Assembly: GCA_043228905.1 (NCBI GenBank)
Contig: JBHGNT010000082.1
Span: 36,832 to 100,831, forward strand
DNA: 64,000 nucleotides
Origin: Azolla caroliniana
Lineage: Eukaryota; Plantae; Polypodiophyta
Direction of reading: 5' to 3'
This document shows positions 1 through 10,600 of the stretch, one piece after another; position 1 is the stretch's first letter; every line of letters starts with the position of its first letter. The notes below the pieces were generated by a model. It was not told where the DNA came from and did not search any database. It saw only the letters and a list, made by a program, of their open reading frames with translations. A program made the position numbers and the translations under genes.

Positions 1-1043
1 CATAAATCTAAGAACGGTAATCTAAAGGGAGAAGTGGTGATGGTAATTTTGATGCAATTATTAGTGGAGGTGTTATAGAACTGGAGGTAATTTTCTAATT
101 CGGGTTTAGTACCTGTCCATATCCCGAATGCATCATCTATATATCTAGTGAAATAAAAAAGATTAGGGTGTGATGGCTGGGAGTTCTCTAAGTGAGCTAA
201 GAATAGGCATGCATAAACTACAGAAAAATTACTACCCATGGCTGTACCCTTGACTTGTTGATAGATCATGTCATCAAAGGATAGAAAGTGATATTCTAAT
301 GTGAGTGCGCTAAGTGTATAGATAAGGTTAGTTTTAGAAGATGAAAAATGTGGGGTAATCATTTTTCGTAAAGCTTGGAGTCCTAACCTAGGGGGTATGC
401 TGGGATATAGAGATTCAACATCAAAGGTGAAGATAAAGCTATTAGGGGGTGGGTTGAGATGTTCTAAAGTCTGGACAAGGGAATGTGAGTCTTTCAAATA
501 TTGCTTTTGAAGGAGAAGGATAGGCATGAGTTGGTGGTGAAGCCATTTTGATGTTTGTTCAAAAAGGGAGTTATTGTATGAGCAAATAGGTCTAAAACCT
601 ATTGGGTTTTTATGGAGTTTTGGGAGGAAATAGATATTGCATACTTTGTACCCTTTTGAGGGTTTATGTAGTATGTAATTGGCTTCTATGTTGGATAGGG
701 TACCAAGATGGTTATTAACAATGTTTTTCAATCTATAGGATAATTCCTCAAGTGGATAGTGGGAGACTTTTTTATATGTATTAGTATCAGAAAGGTGTTC
801 TATAGCTTTGTTATAGTACGTGTCCTTATCAAGAACACACACTCCACCATTCTTGTCAGCAGGTAGGATTATGATTTTGTTGTTTTTCTTAAGAGATTGT
901 AAGGCTAGTGATAAGTGAGGTGCAATCCTAGTGGGTTTTAATTTGAGTGTATGAAGTGTGTCCCTAAAGATAGTTTGGTGTTTAGATATAATGTTTTCTA
1001 AGGGAGTGTACTTAGTAGGAGGTTGCCAACTAGGGTTAGGTAG
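1..1043 (-). mobile_element. Penelope-like element (PLE), 5'-truncated fragment; endonuclease status (GIY-YIG present or absent) not visible
   Basis: RT motifs as above. Element sequence stops abruptly against the first satellite monomer at ~1040/1041. The rest of the element, if present, lies left of the window. Confidence 0.9.
3..1043 (-). CDS. Partial reverse transcriptase of a Penelope-like retroelement (N-terminus missing at the satellite junction; C-terminus runs off the window start)
   Basis: Manual minus-strand translation gives ~347 codons with no stop or frameshift: ...PNPSWQPP...LKKNNKIIILPADKNGGVCVLDK (ADK at 852-860)...HLSDTNTYKK...IYFLPKLHKNPIGFRPICS (YFLPKLHK at 609-632)...YLKDS...FTFDVESLYPSIP (D at 420-422)...IYQQVKGTAMGS (GTAMG at 234-248)...FTRYIDDAFGIWTG (RYIDD at 132-146)...LPFLDL. 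The order ADK, LPKxHK, RPI, DxxSLY, GxxMGS, RYxDD, FLD is the PLE-type RT signature. The first in-frame ATG is internal (525-527). Confidence 0.95.
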
Positions 1044-1600
1044 CCTTGTTAGCTTCGATTCGCATGTTTGAACAAAGAAATCCGATATCACACGAGCCAG
1101 GTATTACCATTTTAATTTACTCACTCGCTCTTCTCAACTCCCTCCTCAAATTTATTAATTTCCTCATGTCTCTCGGCCTCAATTTTAAAATTATAATTTG
1201 TCAATTCAATATCATAGCTAGCGTTGTTAACTTCGATTTTGCATGTTTGAACACAAAAATCCGATGTCACACGAGCTAGGTATGACCATTTTAATTTACT
1301 CACTAGCTCTTCTCAACTCCCTCCTCAAATATTGTAATTTCTTCATGTCGCTCGACCTGAGTTTCAAAATCTCGATTTTTCAATTCAATATCATAGCTAG
1401 CGTTGTTAGCTTCCTTTCGCATGTTTGAACAGAGAAATCCGATATCACACGTGCCAGGTTTGACCATTTTAATTTACTGACGCACTCTTCTCCACTACCT
1501 CCTTAAATTTGCTAATTTCGTCATGTCTCTCGGCCTCAGTTTTAAAATTATGAATTTTCAATTCAATATCATAGCTAGCATTGTTAACTTCGATTCGCAT
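1041..1600. repeat. Diverged edge monomers (first three units)
   Basis: They carry private variants not seen deeper in the array: CAATTCAATA instead of TAATTCTATA in monomers 1-3, and CTCGGCCTCA and TTTTAAAATTA in monomers 1 and 3. Confidence 0.9.
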
Positions 1601-4600
1601 GTTTGAACACAGAAATCCGATATCACACGAGCCAGGTATGACCATTTTAATTTACTCACTCGCTCTTCTCAACTCCCTCCTCAAACATGCTAATTTCCTC
1701 ATGTCTTTCGACGTGAGTTTCAAAATCTTGATTTTTTAATTCTATATCAAAGCTAGCGTTGTTAGCTTCGATTCGCATGTTTGAACACAGACATCCGATA
1801 TCACACGAGCTGGGTATGACCATTTTAATTTACTCACTGGCTCTTCTCAACTCCCTCCTCAAATATGCTAATTTCCTCATGTCTCTCGACCTGATTTTCA
1901 AAATCTCGATTTTTTAATTCTATATCATAGCTAGCCTTGTTAGTTTCGACTCGCATGTTTGAACACAGAAATCCGATGTCACACGAGCCAGGTATGACCA
2001 TTTTAATTTACTCACACGCTCTTCTCAACACCCTCCTCAAATATTGTAATTTCTTCATGTCGCTCGACCTGAGTTTCAAAATCTCGATTTTTTAATTCTA
2101 TATCATAGCTAGCGTTGTTAACTTCGATGCGCATGTTTGAATAGAGAAATCCGATATCACACGAGCCAGGTATGACCATTTTAATTTACTCACTGGCTCT
2201 TCTCAACTCCCTCCTCAAATATGCTAATTTCCACATGTCTCTCGATCTGAGTTTCAAAATCTCGATTTTTTAATTCTATATCATAGCTAGCGTTGTTAGA
2301 TTCGATTCGCATGTTTGAACACAAAAATCCGATATCACACGAGCCAGGTATGACCATTTTAATTTACTCACACGCTCTTCTCAACTCCCTCCTCAAATAT
2401 GCTAATTTCCTCATGTCTCTCGACCTGAGTTTCAAAATCTCGATTTTTTAATTCTATGTCATAACTAGGCTTGTTAGCTTCGATTCGCATGTTTGAACAC
2501 AGAAATCCGATATCACACGAGCCAGGTATGACCATTTTAATTTACTCACTCGCTCTTCTCAACTCCCTCCTCCAACATGCTAATTTCCTCATGTCTTTCG
2601 ACGTCAGTTTCAAAATCTTGATTTTTTAATTCTATATCATAGCTAGCCTTGTTAGCTTCGATTCGCATGTTTGAACACAAAAATCCGATATCACAAGAGC
2701 CAGGTATGACCATTTTAATTTACTCACTCGCTCTTCTCAACTCCCTCCTCCAGCATGCTAATTTCCTCATGTCTTTCGACGTCAGTTTCAAAATCTTGAT
2801 ATTTTAATTCTATATCATAGCTAGCCTTGTTAGCTTCGATTTGCATGTTTGAACACAGAAATCCGATGTCACACGAGCCAGGTATGACCATTTTAATTTA
2901 CTCACTGGCTCTTCTCAACTCCCTCCTCAAATATGCTAATTTCCTCATGTCTCTCGACCTGAGTTTCAAAATCACGATTTTTTAATTCTATATCATAGCT
3001 AGCCTTGTTAGTTTCGATTCGCATGTTTGAATACAGAAATCCGATATCACACGAGCCAGGTATAACCATTTTAATTTACTCACTCGCTCTTCTCAACTCC
3101 CTCCTCCAACATGCTAATTTCCTCATGTCTTTCGACGTCAGTTTCAAAATCTTGATATTTTAATTCTATATCATAGCTAGCCTTGTTAGCTTCGATTCAC
3201 ATGTTTGAGCACAGAAATCCGATATCACACGAGCCAAGTATGACCATTTTAATTTACTCACTGGCTCTTCTCAACTCCCTCCTCAAATATGCTAATTTCC
3301 TCATGTCTCTCGACCTGAGTTTCAAAATCACGAATTTTTATTTCTATATCATAGCTAGGCTTGTTAGTTTCGATTCGCATGTTTGAACACAGAAATCCGA
3401 TATCACACGAGCCAGGTATGACCATTTTAATTTACTCACTGGCTCTTCTCAACTCCTTCCTTAAATATGTTAATTTCGTCATGTCTCTCGACCTGAGTTT
3501 CAAAATCTCGATTTTTTAATTCTATATCATACCTAGCTTTGTTAGCTTCGATTCGCATGTTTGAACACAAAAATCCGATATCACACGAGCCAGGTATGAC
3601 CATTTTAATTTACTCACTCGCTCTTCTCAACTCCCTCCTCCAACATGCTAATTTCCTCATGTCTTTCGACGTCAGTTTCAAAATCTTGATTTTTTAATTC
3701 TATATCATAGCTAGCCTTGTTAGTTTCGATTCGCATGTTTGAACACAGAAATCCGATATCACACGAGCCAGGTATGACCATTTTAATTTACTCACTCGCT
3801 CTTCTCAACTCCCTCCTCCAACATGCTAATTTCCTCATGTCTTTCGACGTCAGTTTCAAAATCTCGATTTTTTAATTCTATATCATAGCTAGCCTTGTTA
3901 GCTTCGATTTGCATGTTTGAACACAGAAATCCGATATCACACGAGCCAGGTATGACCATTTAAATTTACTCACTGGCTCTTCTCAACTCCCTCCTCAAAT
4001 ATGCTAATTTCGGCATGTCTCTCGACCTGAGTTTCAAAATCTTGATTTTTAAATTCTATATCAAAGCTAGCGTTGTTAGCTTCGATTCGCATGTTTGAAC
4101 ACAAAAATCCGATATTAAACGAGCCAGGTATGACCATTTTAATTTACTCACTCGCTCTTCTCAACTCCCTCCTCAAATATGCTAATTTCCGCATGTCTCT
4201 CGACCTGAGTTTCAAAATCTCGATCTTCTAATTCTATATCATAGCTAGCGTTGTTAGCTTCGATTCGCATGTTTGAACACAAAAATCCGATATCACACGA
4301 GCCAGGTATGAACATTTTAATTTACTCACTAGCTCTTCTCAACTCCCTCCTCAAATATTGTAATTTCTTCATGTCTCTCGACCTGAGTTTCAAAATCTCG
4401 ATTATTTAATTCTATATCATAGCTAGCGTTCTTATCTTCGATTCGCATGTTTGAACACAAAAATCCGATATCAGACGTGCCAGGTATGAACATTTTAATT
4501 TACTCACTAGCTCTTCTCAACTCCCTCCTCAAATATTGTAATTTCCTCATGTCTTTCGACATCAGTTTCAAAATCTTGATTTTTTAATTCTATATCATAG

Positions 4601-7600
4601 CTAGCGTTGTTAGCTTCGATTCGCATGTTTGAACAGAGAAATCCGATATCACACGTGCCAGGTTTGACCAGTTTAATTTACTCACTCGCTCTTCTCAACT
4701 CCCTCCTCAAATATGCTAATTTCCTCATGTCTCTCGACCTGAGTTTCAAAATCTCGATTTTTTAATTCTATGTCATAGCTAGCCTTGTTAGCTTCGATTC
4801 ACATGTTTGAACACAAAAATCCGATATCACACGTGCCAGGTATGAACATTTTAATTTACTCGCTAGCTCTTCTCAACTCCCTCCTCAAATATTCTAATTT
4901 CCTCATGTCGCTCGACCTGAGTTTCAAAATCTCGATTTTTTAATTCTATATCATAGCTAGCGTTGTTAGCTTCGATTCGCATGTTTGAACACAAAAATCC
5001 GATATCACACGAGCCAGGTATGAACATTTTAATTTACTCACTAGCTCTTCTCAACTCCCTCCTCAAATATTGTAATTTCCTCATGTCTTTCGACGTCAGT
5101 TTCAAAATCTTGATTTTTTAATTCTATATCATAGCTAGCGTTGTTAGCTTCGATTCGCATGTTTGAACAGAGAAATCCGATATCACACGTGCCAGGTTTG
5201 ACCAGTTTAATTTACTCACTCGCTCTTCTCAACTCCCTCCTCAAATATGCTAATTTCCTCATGTCTCTCGACCTGAGTTTCAAAATCTCGATTTTTTAAT
5301 TCTATGTCATAGCTAGCCTTGTTAGCTTCGATTCACATGTTTGAACACAGAAATCCGATATCACACGAGCCAGGTATGACCATTTTAATTTACTCACTCG
5401 CTCTTCTCAACTCCCTCCTCCAACATGCTAATTTCCTCATGTCTTTCGACGTCAGTTTCAAAATCTCGATTTTTTAATTCTATATCATAGCTAGCCTTGT
5501 TAGCTTCGATTTGCATGTTTGAACACAGAAATCCGATATCACACGAGCTAGGTATGACCATTTTAATTTACTCACTCGCTCTTCTCAACTCCCTCCTCCA
5601 ACATGCTAATTTCCTCATGTCTTTCGACGTCAGTTTCAAAATCTCGATTTTTTAATTCTATATCATAGCTAGCCTTGTTAGCTTCGATTTGATTGTTTGA
5701 ACACAGAAATCCGATATCACACGAGCCAGGTATAACCATTTTAATTTACTCACTGGCTCTTCTCAACTCCCTCCTCAAATATGCTAATTTCCTCATGTCT
5801 CTCGACCTGAGTTTCAAAATCTCAATTTTTTAATTCTATATCATAGCTAGCGTTGTTAGCTTCGATTCGCATGTTTGAACACAAAATCCGATATCACACG
5901 AGCCAGGTATGAACATTTTAATTTACTCACTAGCTCTTCTCAACTCCCTCCTCAAATATTGTAATTTCTTCATGTCTCTCGACCTGAGTTTCAAAATCTC
6001 GATTATTTAATTCTATATCATAGCTAGCGTTGTTATCTTCGATTCGCATGTTTGAACACAAAAATCCGATATCACACGTGCCAGGTCTGAACATTTTAAT
6101 TTACTGACTGGCTCTTCTCAACTCCTTCTTGAAATATGCTAATTTCCTCATGTCTCTCGACCTGAGTTTCAAAATCTCGATTTTTTAATTCTATATGATA
6201 GCTAGCGTTGTTAGCTTCGATTCGCATGTTTCAACACAAAAATCCGATATCACACGAGCCAGGTATGAACATTTTAATTTACTCACTAGCTCTTCTCAAC
6301 TCCCTCCTCAAATATTCTAATTTCCTCATGTCTTTCGACGTGAGTTTCAAAATCTTGATTTTTAAATTCTATATCAAAGCTAGCGTTGTTAGCTTCGATT
6401 CGCATGTTTGAACAGAGAAATCGGATATCACACGTGCCAGGTTTGACCAGTTTAATTTACTCACTCGCTCTTCTCAACTCCCTCCTCAAATATGCTAATT
6501 TCCTCATGTCTCTCGACCTGAGTTTCAAAATCTCGATTTTTTAATTCTATGTCATAGCTAGCCTTGTTAGCTTCGATTCGCATGTTTGAACACAGAAATC
6601 CGATATCACACGAGCCAGGTATGACCATTTTAATTTACTCACTCGCTCTTCTCAACTCCCTCCTCCAACATGCTAATTTCCTCATGTCTTTCGACGTCAG
6701 TTTCAAAATCTCGATTTTTTAATTCTATATCATAGCTAGCCTTGTTAGCTTCGATTTGCATGTTTGAACACAGAAATCCGATATCACACGAGCCAGGTAT
6801 GACCATTTTAATTTACTCACTGGCTCTTCTCAACTCCCTCCTCAAATATGCTAATTTCCTCATGTCTCTCGACCTGAGTTTCAAAATCTCCATTTTTTAA
6901 TTCTATATCATAGCTAGCGTTGTTAGCTTCGATTTGCATGTTTGAACACAAAAATCCGATATCACACGAGCCAGGTATGAACATTTTAATTTACTCACTA
7001 GCTCTTCTCAACTCCCTCCTCAAATATTGTAATTTCTTCATGTCTCTCGACCTGAGTTTCAAAGTCTCGATTATTTAATTCTATATCATAGCTAGCGTTG
7101 TTATCTTCGATTCGCATGTTTGAACACAAAAATCCGATATCACACGTGCCAGGTATGAACATTTTAATTTACTCACTAGCTCTTCTCAACTCCCTCCTCA
7201 AATATTCTAATTTCCTCATGTCGCTCGACCTGAGTTTCAAAATCTCGATTTTTTAATTCTATATCATAGATAGCGTTGTTAGCTTCGATTCGCATGTTTG
7301 AACAGAGAAATCCGATATCACACGAGCCAGGTATGACCATTTTAATTTACTCACTGGCTCTTCTCAACTCCCTCCTCAAATATGCTAATTTCCTCATGTC
7401 TCTCGACCTGAGTTTCAAAATCTTGATTTTTTAATTCTATATCATAGCTAGCCTTGTTAGTTTCGATTCGCATGTTTGAACACAGAAATCCGATATCACA
7501 CGAGCCAGGTATGACCATTTTAATTTACTCACTGGCTCTTCTCAACTCCCTCCTCAAATATGCTAATTTCCTCATGTCTCTCGACCTGAGTTTCAAAATC

Positions 7601-10600
7601 ACGAATTTTTAATTCTATATCATAGCTAGGCTTGTTAGTTTCGATTCGCATGTTTGAACACAGAAATCCGATATCACACGAGCCAGGTATGACCATTTTA
7701 ATTTACTCACTCGCTCTTCTCAACTCCCTCCTCCAACATGCTAATTTCCTCATGTCTTTAGACGTCAGTTTCAAAATCTTGATTTTTTAATTCTATATCA
7801 TAGCTAGCCTTGTTAGCTTCGATTTGCATGTTTGAACACAGAAATCCGATATCACACGAGCCAGGTATGACCATTTTAATTTACTCACACGCTCTTCTCA
7901 ACTCCCTCCTCAAATATGCTAATTTCGGCATATCTCTCGACCTGAGTTTCAAAATCTTGATTTTTTAATTCTATATCATAGCTAGCCTTGTTAGTTTCGA
8001 TTCGCATGTTTGAACACAGAAATCCGATATCACACGAGCCAGGTATGACCATTTTAATTTACTCACTCGCTCTTCTCAACTCCCTCCTCCAACATGCTAA
8101 TTTCCTCATGTCTTTCGACGTCAGTTTCAAAATCTCGATTTTTTAATTCTATATCATAGCTAGCCTTGTTAGCTTCGATTTGCATGTTTGAACACAGAAA
8201 TCCGATATCACACGTGCCAGGTCTGAACATTTTAATTTACTGAGTGGCTCTTCTCAACTCCTTCTTGAAATATGCTAATTTCCTCATGTCTCTCGACCTG
8301 AGTTTTAAAATCTCGATTTTTTAATTCTATATGATAGCTAGCGTTGTTAGCTTCGATTCGCATGTTTGAACACAAAAATCCGATATCACACGAGCCAGGT
8401 ATGAACATTTTAATTTACTCACTAGCTCTTCTCAACTCCCTCCTCAAATATTCTAATTTCCTCATGTCTTTCGACGTGAGTTTCAAAATCTTGATTTTTA
8501 AATTCTATATCAAAGCTAGCGTTGTTAGCTTCGATTCGCATGTTTGAACAGAGAAATCGGATATCACACGTGCCAGGTTTGACCAGTTTAATTTACTCAC
8601 TCGCTCTTCTCAACTCCCTCCTCAAATATGCTAATTTCCTCATGTCTCTCGACCTGAGTTTCAAAATCTCGATTTTTTAATTCTATGTCATAGCTAGCCT
8701 TGTTAGCTTCGATTCGCATGTTTGAACACAGAAATCCGATATCACACGAGCCAGGTATGAGCATTTTAATTTACTCACTCGCTCTTCTCAACTCCCTCCT
8801 CCAACATGCTAATTTCCTCATGTCTTTCGACGTCAGTTTCAAAATCTTGATTTTTTAATTCTATGTCATAGCTAGCCTTGTTAGCTTCGATTCGCATGTT
8901 TGAACACAGAAATCCGATATCACACGAGCCAGGTATGAACATTTTAATTTACTCACTAGCTCTTCTCAACTCCCTCCTCAAATATTGTAATTTCTTCATG
9001 TCTCTCGACCTGAGTTTCAAAGTCTCGATTATTTAATTCTATATCATAGCTAGCGTTGTTATCTTCGATTCGCATGTTTGAACACAAAAATCCGATATCA
9101 CACGTGCCAGGTATGAACATTTTAATTTACTCACTAGCTCTTCTCAACTCCCTCCTCAAATATTCTAATTTCCTCATGTCGCTCGACCTGAGTTTCAAAA
9201 TCTCGATTTTTTAATTCTATATCATAGATAGCGTTGTTAGCTTCGATTCGCATGTTTGAACAGAGAAATCCGATATCACACGAGCCAGGTATGACCATTT
9301 TAATTTACTCACTAGCTCTTCTCAACTCCCTCCTCAAATATGCTAATTCCCTCATGTCTCTCGACCTGAGTTTCAAAATCTTGATTTTTTAATTCTATAT
9401 CATAGCTAGCCTTGTTAGTTTCGATTCGCATGTTTGAACACAGAAATCCGATATCACACGAGCCAGGTATGACCATTTTAATTTACTCACTCGCTCTTCT
9501 CAACTCCCTCCTCCAACATGCTAATTTCCTCATGTCTTTCGACGTCAGTTTCAAAATCTCGATTTTTTAATTCTATATGATAGCTAGCGTTGTTAGCTTC
9601 GATTCGCATGTTTCAACACAAAAATCCGATATCACACGAGCCAGGTATGAACATTTTAATTTACTCACTAGCTCTTCTCAACTCCCTCCTCAAATATTCT
9701 AATTTCCTCATGTCTTTCGACGTGAGTTTCAAAATCTTGATTTTTAAATTCTATATCAAAGCTAGCGTTGTTAGCTTCGATTCGCATGTTTGAACAGAGA
9801 AATCGGATATCACACGTGCCAGGTTTGACCAGTTTAATTTACTCACTCGCTCTTCTCAACTCCCTCCTCAAATATGCTAATTTCCTCATGTCTCTCGACC
9901 TGAGTTTCAAAATCTCGATTTTTTAATTCTATGTCATAGCTAGCCTTGTTAGCTTCGATTCGCATGTTTGAACACAGAAATCCGATATCACACGAGCCAG
10001 GTATGACCATTTTAATTTACTCACTCGCTCTTCTCAACTCCCTCCTCCAACATGCTAATTTCCTCATGTCTTTCGACGTCAGTTTCAAAATCTCGATTTT
10101 TTAATTCTATATCATAGCTAGCCTTGTTAGCTTCGATTTGCATGTTTGAACACAGAAATCCGATATCACACGAGCCAGGTATGACCATTTTAATTTACTC
10201 ACTGGCTCTTCTCAACTCCCTCCTCAAATATGCTAATTTCCTCATGTCTCTCGACCTGAGTTTCAAAATCTCCATTTTTTAATTCTATATCATAGCTAGC
10301 GTTGTTAGCTTCGATTTGCATGTTTGAACACAAAAATCCGATATCACACGAGCCAGGTATGAACATTTGAATTTACTCACTAGCTCTTCTCAACTCCCTC
10401 CTCAAATATTGTAATTTCTTCATGTCTCTCGACCTGAGTTTCAAAGTCTCGATTATTTAATTCTATATCATAGCTAGCGTTGTTATCTTCGATTCGCATG
10501 TTTGAACACAAAAATCCGATATCACACGTGCCAGGTACGAACATTTTAATTTACTCACTAGCTCTTCTCAACTCCCTCCTCAAATATTCTAATTTCCTCA

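Noticed and set aside
1-1043. Telomerase RT (TERT) or a LINE/LTR RT
   Set aside because: ADK, LPKLHK and GTAMGS with compact motif spacing fit PLEs. TERT/LINE-type QG motifs and LTR-type PFGL motifs are absent.
1053-1070. CENP-B box at CTTCGATTCGCATG
   Set aside because: It has TTCG but lacks the required downstream A and CGGG positions of the TTCGnnnnAnnCGGG core.
1044-1103. RT frame staying open 20 codons into the satellite (possible GTG start at 1089-1091) as a fusion gene
   Set aside because: A short open stretch is expected by chance. There is no ATG or promoter evidence, and a stop follows at 1104-1106.
1126-1147. Pyrimidine-rich tract CGCTCTTCTCAACTCCCTCCTC as a triplex or G-quadruplex former
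   Set aside because: It is short, interrupted by AA, has no good mirror symmetry and has too few G-runs on the opposite strand.
1041-1218. Identity with Arabidopsis CEN178 or primate alpha satellite
   Set aside because: Only the length is similar. I recognise no sequence similarity, and the consensus lacks the HindIII site typical of CEN178. A database search is still needed to name the family.
4650-4660. CACGTG (E-box/G-box) in some monomer variants as regulatory sites
   Set aside because: It is a single-base variant of CACGAG spread by duplication, with no gene context or evidence of function.
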